Below are positions 10,314-20,154 of a DNA stretch of 64,000 nt, piece by piece. The translations under genes and the position numbers were made by a program. The stretch spans positions 96,001 to 160,000 of the forward strand of contig CBDCWP010000044.1 of the NCBI GenBank assembly GCA_965223505.1, in the 5' to 3' direction. The notes under the pieces are model-generated. The model was not told where the DNA came from. It searched no databases and worked only from the letters and a program-made list of their open reading frames with translations. Position 1 is the first letter of the stretch, and each line of letters begins with the position of its first letter. The DNA is from Planctomycetota bacterium (lineage in GTDB: Bacteria > Planctomycetota > PLA2 > JAEUHO01).

Positions 10314-10397
10314 GCCGGGAGCGCCGTCTCTGCCCGACCCGAGCCCTCCACGTCGGGTTTTGAAGACCTGCCGGTGCGTGCTGGCTACACTGGAGGG

Positions 10398-11090
10398 ATG
10401 ATGCCTCGACTCGGTACGCTGTGCGCCTTGCTTGCCGTTCTCTTGCTTTGCACCAGCGTCGCGTTCGCGCGCGGCGGCCGTGGCCCGGGCGGCAACAACA
10501 ACCCGAACCCGGCAAAGGGGGAAGAGGGCGCCGACCCGAACGATCCGAACGCGAAGCCCAAGCCCGAGCCGTTGCCGGAGAGCACGGTGCAACGGCTGCG
10601 GGGCCGCTTGGCGAAGCTGGGTGAGCGGCTGCTGGAGCTGAAGCAGCTCGCGGACAGCGATCCGCGCGAGATGGAGATCCGCAAGTACCGCGAGTTCAAG
10701 CTCGCCGCGTTCAAAGACAAGAAGCGCAGTCCGAAGGCGGAAGATCTGATCGCCTGGATGTTCGAGCCGGACAAGAAGACGAAGAAGTTGGCGCCGTTCA
10801 CGTTGCGCGAGGCGGCACTGAAGGCGTTGGTCGACCAGAAGATGCGCGATCCGGATCTTTCGTCGTCGGACTCGGGCTCGCGCGGCAGTCCGCGGGCCAA
10901 GCTGTGCAAGGACGAGGTCGTGAAGCACCTGAAGGACGACGACCCGACGACGCGCGAGCTGGCGAACCAGCTGTTGAACCAGCTTTGGACGCGCCCGCCG
11001 GAGCCGGCGATCATCAACTACGATGCCCGCGTCGAGGAGACGTGGAAGCCGGCCATCAGGGCCTGGAACAAGCACCTCAAGAAGAAGTAG
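10398..11090 (+). CDS. Exported hypothetical protein, HEAT-like C-terminus
   Basis: GGAGG ahead of ATG 10398; signal peptide ending AFA; VKHLKDDDPTTRELANQLL is a HEAT-like motif. Confidence 0.65.
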   Translation: MMPRLGTLCALLAVLLLCTSVAFARGGRGPGGNNNPNPAKGEEGADPNDPNAKPKPEPLPESTVQRLRGRLAKLGERLLELKQLADSDPREMEIRKYREFKLAAFKDKKRSPKAEDLIAWMFEPDKKTKKLAPFTLREAALKALVDQKMRDPDLSSSDSGSRGSPRAKLCKDEVVKHLKDDDPTTRELANQLLNQLWTRPPEPAIINYDARVEETWKPAIRAWNKHLKKK

Positions 11091-11120
11091 GGGCGGGGGC
11101 GAGGCCCCGCCCGCCCGTTT
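11087..11120 (+). terminator. GC-rich hairpin after stop codon (terminator or GTAG-type REP-like)
   Basis: GTAG-GGGCGGGGGC-GAG-GCCCCGCCC...GTTT directly after the end of the operon. Confidence 0.4.
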
Positions 11121-11245
11121 GGACACCTCGGTTGTGCGTCGCATACGGTGATCGATCGCCGTCGATTGCGTCCATGGCGAGCATCTTCGGCATCGCGAGG
11201 GCATCGGGCACGGCTTCGACACCGGGTTGTCGGTACGCTGAGCCC

Positions 11246-12157
11246 ATGTCCCAGCATGCTTGGTTCGTCGTTCTGCTCCTGCTCTTCCTTCTGGTGCCGT
11301 CGTCGGCGACCGCCGAGCCCAGCCGACACGTCGCCACCCTCGACGGCCGCGGCCTGTCCAAAGACCGGCTGATCCAATACTGGTTCGATCGCTATCCGGC
11401 CGAGTACGGCCGCACGCTCACCGAGCTCATCGAAGCCTACGTCGTAGCGGACGGCGCCCGCGCCGCGGGACTCGACGTGCCCCGGGCCACACTGGACAAG
11501 GCCGTCGACGACGAGGTCGCCGCGCGCCGCAAGTGGCAACGCGAGCTCTACGGCGACGGCGCCGACCTCGCCGCCTGGGTGCGCAACGGGTACGGCATGT
11601 CGATCGACGCCTGGCAGCGCACCATCCTCCGGCCGCGTCTGCGCGCGCGCATGCTGAAGCAGCGCGTCATTCGGGCCGACACACGCCGGGAGCTGCTGGT
11701 CTACGCGCGCATCATCATCGTCGCCGACGAGACGCGTGCGCGCCGGATCGCCGCCAAGCTGCGCAACGGCGCCGACTTCAGCCTCACGGCGCTCAAGCAG
11801 AGCGAGCACGAGACGAAGAAGGCCGGCGGCACCCTGCCGCCGATCGCCCGCGGCGACATGGCGCGCTTCCCCGTCATCGAGCGACGGCTCTTCGAGGCCC
11901 GACCGGGGCAGCTGATCGGTCCCTTGCGCGTGCAGATCGACGGCGCACCGCAGTGGCAGATCTACAAGCTCATTCGTCGCAGCGAGCCATGGCACGACAC
12001 CGGTCCCGCGCTGCGCGCTCGCATCGAAACGGACCTCGCCGACCTGCCCGTCACGCGCGGCGAGCTGGAACGCTGGCAGGCGCGGATCCGCCGCAAGCAT
12101 CGCATCGAGCTGTTCGCGCCGAACGGTCGTCCTTGGTCCCCGCCCAGCGGCGGGTAG
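11246..12157 (+). CDS. Exported parvulin/PpiC-type peptidyl-prolyl isomerase (PrsA/SurA-like)
   Basis: Signal peptide; rotamase motif ARRIAAKLRNGADFSLTALKQSE...GGTLP...LFEARPGQLIGP. Confidence 0.75.
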   Translation: MSQHAWFVVLLLLFLLVPSSATAEPSRHVATLDGRGLSKDRLIQYWFDRYPAEYGRTLTELIEAYVVADGARAAGLDVPRATLDKAVDDEVAARRKWQRELYGDGADLAAWVRNGYGMSIDAWQRTILRPRLRARMLKQRVIRADTRRELLVYARIIIVADETRARRIAAKLRNGADFSLTALKQSEHETKKAGGTLPPIARGDMARFPVIERRLFEARPGQLIGPLRVQIDGAPQWQIYKLIRRSEPWHDTGPALRARIETDLADLPVTRGELERWQARIRRKHRIELFAPNGRPWSPPSGG

Positions 12158-12215
12158 CCCGCGCCGTGAGCGCGAGGCTCGCGCCGTGGGATCCCTCGTT
12201 TAGCCTTCAGGCCTC

Positions 12216-12887
12216 ATGCCCGAGTCGACGACGTCACCCGAGAACAGCACCGAGCCCGAGGCGCACCGCGACGAAGCGGCCGCGTCGCAGGACGCGACCC
12301 AATCGCAGCCGGCGGACGCGGAGCCGGCGAAGTCCGCCGACGAGGGGAAGAAGTGGAAGCCGCCGCCCCCGGCGCGGCTCGAGGGAGCGGTCGAAGCGCT
12401 GCTCCTGACGTCGGGCGACGTCGTGAAGTGGGAGCGGTTGCGGGATCTCCTCGGGCTGGATTCCCTCGTGCACGTCAAGGAGGCGGTCGGCCGCATCAAG
12501 AAACGCTGGGAGACAGCGAAGCTGGCGATGGAGCTCGAGGAGGTCGCAGGGGGCGTACGCGCCGTGACGCGGCCGGAGTTCGCGGAGTACGTCGACCGGC
12601 TCCGGCGCCGTCCCGCATCCGACAAGCTCAGCCGCAGTCTGCTCGAGACGCTCTCGATCGTCGCCTACAAGCAGCCGGTTCCCCGGGCGGAGGTGGAGCG
12701 GATTCGCGGTGTTCAGGGCGGCGACGCCCTGCGCGCGTTGTTGGAGCGGCGCCTGATCAAGGTGGCCGGCCGTAGCGATCAGCCCGGCCGCCCGCTGCTG
12801 TACGGAACGACGCAGCGCTTCCTGACGCTGTTCGGCCTGCGCAGCCTCAAGGACCTGCCGTCGGGCGGGGATCTCAAGCGTCTGTAG
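12216..12887 (+). CDS. scpB: SMC-Scp complex subunit ScpB
   Basis: LEGAVEALL, LSRSLLETLSIVAYKQPV.RAEVERIRGV, PGRPLLYGTTQRFL.LFGLRSLKDLP. Confidence 0.93.
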   Translation: MPESTTSPENSTEPEAHRDEAAASQDATQSQPADAEPAKSADEGKKWKPPPPARLEGAVEALLLTSGDVVKWERLRDLLGLDSLVHVKEAVGRIKKRWETAKLAMELEEVAGGVRAVTRPEFAEYVDRLRRRPASDKLSRSLLETLSIVAYKQPVPRAEVERIRGVQGGDALRALLERRLIKVAGRSDQPGRPLLYGTTQRFLTLFGLRSLKDLPSGGDLKRL

Positions 12888-13113
12888 CTTCCCCGGGACC
12901 CGCGGCCGCTCCCGTCCTCGAAGCCGGGACCCGGTCTCGGGATCGGCCGCGGGACCGGGTCGTCCTGCGGATTCGTACGGCCGGAACCGGGTGCCGGCGC
13001 CAGGAATCCCACCCGCCGACGCCCGTTACTAGACGGGCGCGCAATGTGGCCCCGCCCGGCGCCACCGGTACACTCGCACGCTTGCCATCCCAATTCCGCC
13101 CTCGGAGGCTGCC

Positions 13114-16100
13114 ATGGCCAAGATCGCCAAGGCGATGAAGAAATACGAGCGCAACTTCCTCATCGGCCTGGTCGTGCTCCTGCTCGCGACGTTCTCGATC
13201 GGAGGCGCCCAGACCTGCGCCGAGCAGCAGGGCGGCGTGAGCGACTACCAGCTCGGAGGCACCTTCAAGGTGTCGCCTTCGGAGCGCATGGAGATCTCCA
13301 ACGAGGAGTACGAGACCCGCTACCGCGAGTACCGCCGGCTCATGTCGGCGATCTACTCGCCCTCGCTCGCGTTCGGGATCCCCGGCCAGGACCGCGAAGA
13401 TCCCTTCAAATCGACGTGGGCGCACATCCTCGCCTACGAGGCCGCGAAGCACGCAGGGTACCGCGTCGGCGAGCAGCAGCTGCGCCGAGCGGTCAAGGAA
13501 GTCGTGAGCCGTCGCATGGGGATGGAGTACTCCGACGTCACCCACCAGCGCTTCCTGCAGCAGCGATTCCACGGAAGTCCCAGCGACTTCCAGGAGGCGT
13601 TGCGGCAGATCGTGTTGAAGGACTCGTTCGTCACGCCGCTGGTCGAGTCGGCGCGATACCAGACGACCTACGCCGACGCGTTCGAAGAGTGGAAGAACGA
13701 GCGCGAGCGGATCGACCTCCGCTATGTCGCGCTCGCGGCGGAACCGTTCGCCGACTCGGTGGAACGCGTCGAGCGGACGCGCGCGACGATCGAGAAGCAG
13801 GAGACCCGCCTGCGGCGCCTCTCGGCGGTCGCGGTCGAGGTTCGCCGATACGACAACCTGATCAAGAGCTACTTCGAGAAGAACGAGAAGTACCCCGCCG
13901 ACTTCGCGGAGCTCCTGACGGCGCAGGGACCCGGCCGGGCGACGAACACGCCGGTCGACGGTTGGGGCAACGATCTACGCTACACGCTCGAGAACGACAC
14001 TCCCGATCTTCGAAGCGCAGGTCCGGACGGCGCGTTCGACACCGCCGACGACGTCACGCCGCAGCTTCAAAAGCGGTTCGAGACCCTCAAGTCGTTGTTC
14101 AACCTCGCGGACGCGCTGCAGCGTTCGTTCAAGGCCACGGAAGCGTGGCCCGAGGGCACGGCAGCCTTGCTCGAGCCGCCGAAGCCCGGACAGCTCGCCA
14201 TCCTGAAGGCGCTGCCCAAGGACGGCTGGGATCGTGACATCGCCTACGCGCTGAAGGATGGCGTCCCGACGTTGACGGCGCTGGGGGAGGACGGCGAAGC
14301 CGGCGGCGAGGACGACATCACGGTCACCGCGGTCGAGGAGGGAGCGGCCGTCGTCTCGCCCGGCTCGTTCCTGGCCGCCCACGTGATCGCGGACACGAAC
14401 GACAGCTGGGAGCGGCCGATCCGCATGCGGCTGCGCTCTGCCGAACCGCTCTCGTTCAGGGTCTGGAGCGCGGGGCCCGACGGTGAGGACGAGAACGACG
14501 ACGACGTCGACCGCGGCAACGGCGCCGAGATCCGGAACTTCTTTTCGGCGCCGGCGGTGAAGGCCAAATTCCGTCTCGAGCCGCGGCGCATGATGGAGGC
14601 CCTCTACGTGCACCTGCCGCTGCTGAGCGACGAGGTGTTCGAGAAGCTCTGGGAGGCCTTCCCCCAGCACCGCCCCGACGACGAGGAGAAGCTCTACGCG
14701 TACTGGAGCGACTATCGCACTGGCGGAATCGTCTACAAGGCCGCCATGCCCGGCGATGCCGAGAACGGCCACGGCAGCGAGCTGATCCAGCGTCTGCGCG
14801 AGGAGGGCGAGCTTGCCGAAGATGCCGAGACGTACCTGGTCCCCAAGGGCGAGTTCCTCGCGGCGCCGCTGAAGCCGATCGAGCCCAAGGACGACGACGG
14901 GGAGGGCGAGGACGCCGGCGACGACGACGGCGGGGACGACGAACCCGGCAAGCAGGGAGGTGACGACGGCGACGACGGGGACGGCGAAGAAGACGACGAC
15001 GAAGAGCCGAATCCGGGCGACGGTGAGCCCCAGCCGGGCGACGAAGAGGCCAAGCCGGAGGAGAGCGCGGACGCGAAGCTGCGCAAGGAGTACACCGAGA
15101 ACGGCTGGCGCGAGATCGTCATCCGCGAAGAGTTCATGGAGCGCTTGCTCAACGATCTGCTCGTGCGCTGCGACAAGAGCGCCAAGGCGGTCGCCGAGTG
15201 GGAGCGTAAGAAGAACCAGCCGGGCGGCGTCGGCGTCCTGGCGCGCCCCGAAGAGGTGACGTTCGAGACGTTGCTTGCGGGCGAGCTCAGCGAGTTCCTC
15301 GTAGGCGCGGCCGAAGCGGACAAGGGGCTGCAGTCATTCCGCTACTGGAAGACGGACAAGCACCTCACGCGCGAGGAGGTCGAGGCGCATCCGCATCTCG
15401 GGCACCCGAACCTCTCCGTGATGATGTCGAGCCGGCGGGGCGAGGGCGAGTACTCGCCGGCCGCGATCCAACTGCACTCGCGCCGGACCAAGGCGCTGGT
15501 TCGCAATCTCGAGCATCTGCCCGCCGAGGACCCGCCGCTCGAGGACGTCTACGACGGCGTCTTCGAGGAGTACCTGAAGAAGAAGCGCCTCGACCGCGCG
15601 GTCGAAGAGCTGAAGAAGCTGCAGGAGTTGGTTGGTCAGAAGGAGTCGGAGGACGCCGACGGCGGGTGGGACGCCGCCCTCAAGGCGTGGGGCGATCGCA
15701 TCGCCGTTCCGTACGTCGTGGAGTCGACGGGCCTGTTCCTCGGTAGCTCGCCGCCCGATCCGATCGAGGTCGACGACGACGCCACCGACGAGGCCTCGAT
15801 GGCGACCAAGCGCCGCAACTACGTCTTGCGCACCGGCTACTCGACCGTACGTCCCTCCGCTTCGAAACAGGACACCGTCGAAGCGGCGCCGGGTACGTTC
15901 GGGCGCCGGATCCTCCAGGATCGCCCGACCGCCGAAGGCGGAACCGAGAGCGCGTTCCTGATTCGCGTGGCCGACCGCCGGTATCCGAGCAAGGCCGAGC
16001 TGTCGCCGGAGCGCTATGCGCGTTTCCTCGTGAACAAGATCTTCGGTGGGCCCGAAAACCGATCACCGCGGATCCGGTTGGGGGACATGACCGGCTCGTA

Positions 16101-16203
16101 CTTCGAGGCGCTTTCGCGACACTTCGACCTCGAGAGCATGCAACGCAGCTACGACCTGGGCACCAACAAGGACCTGGACTTCAACCTGGATCGTACGGAG
16201 TAG
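13114..16203 (+). CDS. Large membrane-anchored protein: SurA/PpiD-like N-terminal region, three GspG-like modules and an acidic linker
   Basis: GGAGG RBS; N-terminal anchor; LAYEAAKHAGYRVGEQQL resembles SurA_N; three D.W....Y...S.GPDG....DD repeats; D/E/G-rich tract at about 14890-15070. Confidence 0.65.
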   Translation: MAKIAKAMKKYERNFLIGLVVLLLATFSIGGAQTCAEQQGGVSDYQLGGTFKVSPSERMEISNEEYETRYREYRRLMSAIYSPSLAFGIPGQDREDPFKSTWAHILAYEAAKHAGYRVGEQQLRRAVKEVVSRRMGMEYSDVTHQRFLQQRFHGSPSDFQEALRQIVLKDSFVTPLVESARYQTTYADAFEEWKNERERIDLRYVALAAEPFADSVERVERTRATIEKQETRLRRLSAVAVEVRRYDNLIKSYFEKNEKYPADFAELLTAQGPGRATNTPVDGWGNDLRYTLENDTPDLRSAGPDGAFDTADDVTPQLQKRFETLKSLFNLADALQRSFKATEAWPEGTAALLEPPKPGQLAILKALPKDGWDRDIAYALKDGVPTLTALGEDGEAGGEDDITVTAVEEGAAVVSPGSFLAAHVIADTNDSWERPIRMRLRSAEPLSFRVWSAGPDGEDENDDDVDRGNGAEIRNFFSAPAVKAKFRLEPRRMMEALYVHLPLLSDEVFEKLWEAFPQHRPDDEEKLYAYWSDYRTGGIVYKAAMPGDAENGHGSELIQRLREEGELAEDAETYLVPKGEFLAAPLKPIEPKDDDGEGEDAGDDDGGDDEPGKQGGDDGDDGDGEEDDDEEPNPGDGEPQPGDEEAKPEESADAKLRKEYTENGWREIVIREEFMERLLNDLLVRCDKSAKAVAEWERKKNQPGGVGVLARPEEVTFETLLAGELSEFLVGAAEADKGLQSFRYWKTDKHLTREEVEAHPHLGHPNLSVMMSSRRGEGEYSPAAIQLHSRRTKALVRNLEHLPAEDPPLEDVYDGVFEEYLKKKRLDRAVEELKKLQELVGQKESEDADGGWDAALKAWGDRIAVPYVVESTGLFLGSSPPDPIEVDDDATDEASMATKRRNYVLRTGYSTVRPSASKQDTVEAAPGTFGRRILQDRPTAEGGTESAFLIRVADRRYPSKAELSPERYARFLVNKIFGGPENRSPRIRLGDMTGSYFEALSRHFDLESMQRSYDLGTNKDLDFNLDRTE

Positions 16204-16215
16204 TCGCGCGTTCCG

Positions 16216-16428
16216 TTACGGAACCGGATCGAGCCCTCCGCCGCCGCCCGGCCGGCAGCGCAACAACCTTCGTGTCGTGAGCCAGAGCCCGCGCACCACG
16301 CCGTGCTTGCGCACGGCGCCCATGGCGTACTCCGAACAGGTGGGCTCGAAGCGGCACGCCGCTGGCAGGAGCGGCGACAGCAGTCCCTTGTACAGACGCA
16401 GCACCAGCAGCACGCCGCTGCGAATCAT
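16216..16428 (-). CDS. yidD: Membrane protein insertion efficiency factor YidD
   Basis: LYKGLLSPLLPAACRFEPTCSEYA...G.WL..RRLLRC.P...GG.DPVP. Confidence 0.93.
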   Translation of the reverse strand: MIRSGVLLVLRLYKGLLSPLLPAACRFEPTCSEYAMGAVRKHGVVRGLWLTTRRLLRCRPGGGGGLDPVP

Positions 16429-16793
16429 CGCGTCGCCCCACGGGCCCGCGGAGGTGCGGGACGCCGCCGCTTCACGGACGCGATGTCTTCACGTAGGCCG
16501 TCGAACGTCGGCTCGGCGAGCGACTTGCGCGGCGAGACCAGGAAATCGTACGGCCCCAGCTCGGACGCCAGGGCTCGGAACGCTTCGCGCACGAGCCGAC
16601 GAAAGCGGTTGCGGCGAACGGCGTTGCCGTATCGCCGCGGTGTCGAGATCCCCAGGCGCGGTCCGGCGCCCTCGTTGGGGAGCCGCCGCACGAGGCACTC
16701 GCGACCGGGGTAGACCTCGCCCCGCCGCAGCACCGCCTGATATTCGGTGCGTGTTCGTAGTCGCGCGGTTTTGGGGTAGCCCTGATCGGCCAT
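16425..16793 (-). CDS. rnpA: Ribonuclease P protein component
   Basis: YPKTARLRTRTEY, RLGIS, GNAVRRNRFRRLVREAFR (RNR motif); overlaps the yidD start. Confidence 0.92.
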   Translation of the reverse strand: MADQGYPKTARLRTRTEYQAVLRRGEVYPGRECLVRRLPNEGAGPRLGISTPRRYGNAVRRNRFRRLVREAFRALASELGPYDFLVSPRKSLAEPTFDGLREDIASVKRRRPAPPRARGATR

Positions 16794-16895
16794 GGAGGCA
16801 GACTCCCGGCGCTCCGGCTCCAGGCCGGGGCAGCCACTCCCGATCCTTATAGGATGGCTACCCGGTCGCGGCACGCTGCGACCGCCCCGAACGCC

Positions 16896-17525
16896 ATGCG
16901 AATCCTGCTGCCCCTCTCCGTGATCCTGATCGGCGCGGTCGTCGCGGCCTGCGCCGTGTCCCCGAATTCCGCGCCCAGGGCCGCGGCGCCGACGAACGTG
17001 GTGGACGCATCGCAGACCGCCGTCCACGGCGATCCCGTGGCGCGGCTCGCCAGTGCCGACTTCGTCGAGCGCTCGCGCGCGTCCGAGGTGTTGGTTCGGG
17101 CCGGAGCGTCGGCGCTTCCGGCGCTCGGCGCCGCCGGCGCGCAGCCGGTTACGGTTGCGGGCGGTTCACGGGTGAGCACGACGGAGCCCGTCGTGCGTGC
17201 GATCCTGGCCGAAGCCGACATGGACGTACTGGCGTCGCAGCTGCGTGCGCCGTGGCCCAACGTGCGCCGCGCGGCCGCGGAAGAGCTGGGGCTGCGCGGT
17301 AGCTGGGATCCGATCCCCGAGTTGATCGTACGACTCGAAGACGGCGACGCCGGTGTGCGCGCAGCCTCCGCCCAGTCGCTGCGACGTCTGACGAACAACT
17401 TCTTCGGCTTCAAGGCGCTCGCCGACAGCGCGTCACGCAAGGCCGCGACCGATCGGTGGGCCACGTGGTGGTCGTCCGAGGGCGTGAACGCCGAGCGCCG
17501 GACGGCCAGCACCTCGGGTCGCTGA
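16896..17525 (+). CDS. HEAT-repeat lipoprotein
   Basis: Lipobox VAAC; HEAT repeats (VRRAAAEELG, LIVRLEDGDAGVRAASAQSL). Confidence 0.7.
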   Translation: MRILLPLSVILIGAVVAACAVSPNSAPRAAAPTNVVDASQTAVHGDPVARLASADFVERSRASEVLVRAGASALPALGAAGAQPVTVAGGSRVSTTEPVVRAILAEADMDVLASQLRAPWPNVRRAAAEELGLRGSWDPIPELIVRLEDGDAGVRAASAQSLRRLTNNFFGFKALADSASRKAATDRWATWWSSEGVNAERRTASTSGR

Positions 17526-17562
17526 CGCGGATGCCGAGCGTGCGCGAGGTACGATCCCGCCC

Positions 17563-18672
17563 GTGAACCGGCGTTTCCTGTACTACGGCGAAGTGCTCTT
17601 GCGCCTCTTGCCCGAGGACGACTACGCGGTGCATCTCGAGGCTCTCGCGGAAGCGCTGCCGATCGAAGTGGCGGCGACGGACGCGTCGGGCCGGGTGATC
17701 GTCTGGAACGCGGCGCTCGCCGAAGCGGCCGGCTCGCGCGACGACGCCCTCGGACGTCCCCTCGTCGAGGCGCTGCCGTGGCTGCAAGACGACCCCAATG
17801 TCGACTGGGCCGCCGTCCTGCGCGACGTGCTCGCCGGCGGCGGGCCGCAGACGTTCGCGCGGCAGCCGCTCGGTCCGCGCGTCGTTCGCGCAACCATCGG
17901 CCCGATGCGCGGCGCGGGAACGCGGGTTCTGGGCGCCGTGCTCTCCCTCGAAGACATCACCCACGGTGCACGCGAGGAGGAGCGGCGGCGCATGCGCGAC
18001 CGCACCCACGCCGTTCACGATCTCGGCGCCGGGATCGCGCACGAGGTGCGCAATCCGCTGAACGCGCTCTCGCTCAACCTACAGCTGCTGCGGGAGCGGC
18101 TCAGTGATCCCAACGAGAGCCGCGAGAGCGTCCTGGCGCGCGTCGAGAAGATGATCGCCGAGACGGGCCGCATGGAGACGCTCATCGGTCACCTGCTCGA
18201 GGTGAGCCGCGGCGGCGCGCTGGAACGCACGCCGGAACGGGTCGATCCGCTGGTCACCGGCGTGCTCGAGCGGCTCGAGGGCACGGCGCGGGCGGCCGGA
18301 TGCAGCCTGCACTTCGAGGGGCACTCGGATCGCACCTTGCCCGTGGATCGCGTCCGGATCGAGCGGGCGCTGCACAACCTCGTGCGCAACGCCATCGAGG
18401 CGTCGGCGGAAGGCGGACGCCATGTCTGGATCACCACGCGCGACGATCCCCACAGCACGGTCGTCGTGATCGACGACGACGGCCCGGGCATCCGGCCGGA
18501 AGACCGCTCGCAGGTCTTCGTGCTGTACACGACCGGAAAGCGCAGCGGCACCGGGCTCGGCTTGCCGCTCGCACGCGAGGACGTCATTCGACACGGCGGT
18601 GAGATCGAAGTGCTTTCCCGGCCCGGCGGCGGCGCGCGGTTCGTCGTCCACCTGCCGTTGGGGACCGACTAG
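17563..18672 (+). CDS. PAS-domain sensor histidine kinase (NtrB-like)
   Basis: PAS; H-box AHEVRNPL; N-box NLVRNAIEA; G1 DDGPGI; G2 GTGLGL. Confidence 0.92.
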   Translation: MNRRFLYYGEVLLRLLPEDDYAVHLEALAEALPIEVAATDASGRVIVWNAALAEAAGSRDDALGRPLVEALPWLQDDPNVDWAAVLRDVLAGGGPQTFARQPLGPRVVRATIGPMRGAGTRVLGAVLSLEDITHGAREEERRRMRDRTHAVHDLGAGIAHEVRNPLNALSLNLQLLRERLSDPNESRESVLARVEKMIAETGRMETLIGHLLEVSRGGALERTPERVDPLVTGVLERLEGTARAAGCSLHFEGHSDRTLPVDRVRIERALHNLVRNAIEASAEGGRHVWITTRDDPHSTVVVIDDDGPGIRPEDRSQVFVLYTTGKRSGTGLGLPLAREDVIRHGGEIEVLSRPGGGARFVVHLPLGTD

Positions 18673-20055
18673 ATGGCTCGACTCCTCATCGTCGAAGACG
18701 AGAAGCACGCCCGCGAGGCGCTCGGCGAGGTCTTCGCGGACGAACACGACGTCCGGCTCGTCGAGGACGTGGACGGCGCGCTGCAGGCGCTCGAGCAGCA
18801 CGTCCCGGACTTGATCCTCACGGACGTCGTCCTGCCGGGCGACCGGGACGGTCTCGACCTGCTCCGCGAGGTCAAGCGAGCGTATCCCGGCACGCCGGTC
18901 ATCGTCATGACCGCCTACGGGAGCGTCGAGAAGGCGGTGCGCGCCATGCGCGACGGCGCACACGACTTCCTCGAGAAGCCCTTGGACCTGTCCCGCCTGC
19001 GCAACCTCGTCGCGTCGACCCTGCGTGTACCTCAGGAGGCGCCGCACAGCGAGGCGTACCGCCGGGATCTCTCGAGGGCAGGCGTGCCGGACGGCTTCAT
19101 CGGGTCGGCCCCGGCGATCCTGGATCTGTTCGAGCTCGTCTCGAAGGCCGCGCCGACGAACGCCACGGTCCTGATCCTGGGGGAGTCCGGCACGGGCAAG
19201 GAGCTGGTGGCCGAGGCCATTCACAAGGCCAGCAGCCGCGCGCGCGGACCGTTCATCAAGGTCAACTGCGCGGCATTGCCGGAGGGACTGCTCGAAAGCG
19301 AGCTGTTCGGACACGTCAAGGGCGCGTTCACCGGGGCGGTGAGCGACCGTGCCGGACGCTTCGAAGCCGCGAGCGGCGGGACCCTGTTCCTGGACGAGGT
19401 CGGCGAAATCCCGTTGCACACCCAGGTGAAGCTCTTGCGTGTGCTGCAGAACCGAGAGGTGGAGCGTGTCGGTGACAACCGTTCCCAGCCGGTGGACGTG
19501 CGACTCGTCGCGGCGACGAACGCCGACCTCGACCAGCGCGTTCGCACCGGGGCGTTTCGCGACGACTTCTACTTCCGTTTGAAGGTCGTGACCTTGCGCA
19601 TGCCCGCGCTGCGCGAGCGGCGCGGCGACATCCCGGCGCTGGCCGAGCACTTCCGCGCGTTGTACGGCGAGCGGCACGGCCGCGATGTCGCGTCGATCTC
19701 ATCCGATGCGATGGAGGTGCTTCGCAGTCACGACTGGCCGGGCAACGTGCGCGAGCTCGAAAACGTGATCGAGGCCGCCGTCGTGCTCACGGAGGGCGCG
19801 GAGATCACACCCGACGTCCTGCCGGTGGAGGTCGGCGGTGCGCAGCGCGTCGAGGATCTTCCGGACGGCGACGTCATTCGCATTCGGGCCGGTACGTCCC
19901 TGCCGGATGCCGAGAAGACGATCATCCTCGATACGCTCGAACGAACCGGCGGAAACAAGACAGCGGCGGCGCGCATCCTCGGGATCGGCCTGCGCACGCT
20001 GTACCGCAAGCTGGAACAGTACGAGGCGGACGGCGAGCGTTCCGCCGCGCCGTAG
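18673..20055 (+). CDS. Sigma-54-dependent response regulator (NtrC family)
   Basis: Receiver domain, [30 protein letters not shown], Fis HTH. Confidence 0.95.
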   Translation: MARLLIVEDEKHAREALGEVFADEHDVRLVEDVDGALQALEQHVPDLILTDVVLPGDRDGLDLLREVKRAYPGTPVIVMTAYGSVEKAVRAMRDGAHDFLEKPLDLSRLRNLVASTLRVPQEAPHSEAYRRDLSRAGVPDGFIGSAPAILDLFELVSKAAPTNATVLILGESGTGKELVAEAIHKASSRARGPFIKVNCAALPEGLLESELFGHVKGAFTGAVSDRAGRFEAASGGTLFLDEVGEIPLHTQVKLLRVLQNREVERVGDNRSQPVDVRLVAATNADLDQRVRTGAFRDDFYFRLKVVTLRMPALRERRGDIPALAEHFRALYGERHGRDVASISSDAMEVLRSHDWPGNVRELENVIEAAVVLTEGAEITPDVLPVEVGGAQRVEDLPDGDVIRIRAGTSLPDAEKTIILDTLERTGGNKTAAARILGIGLRTLYRKLEQYEADGERSAAP

Positions 20056-20154
20056 GTCCACAGTTTGCGCAAGCGCGCGATGTAGCCTGTGTTCATGCAA
20101 CATGCGGGCTCAGCGCAACCGTGAGGTTCGCGGCGCGTGTTCGAGGAGATCGTG

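Noticed and set aside
20056..20154. Sigma-54 (-24/-12) promoter upstream of htrA or other genes
   Set aside because: No convincing TGGCAC-N5-TTGC match was found by eye in the intergenic regions checked.
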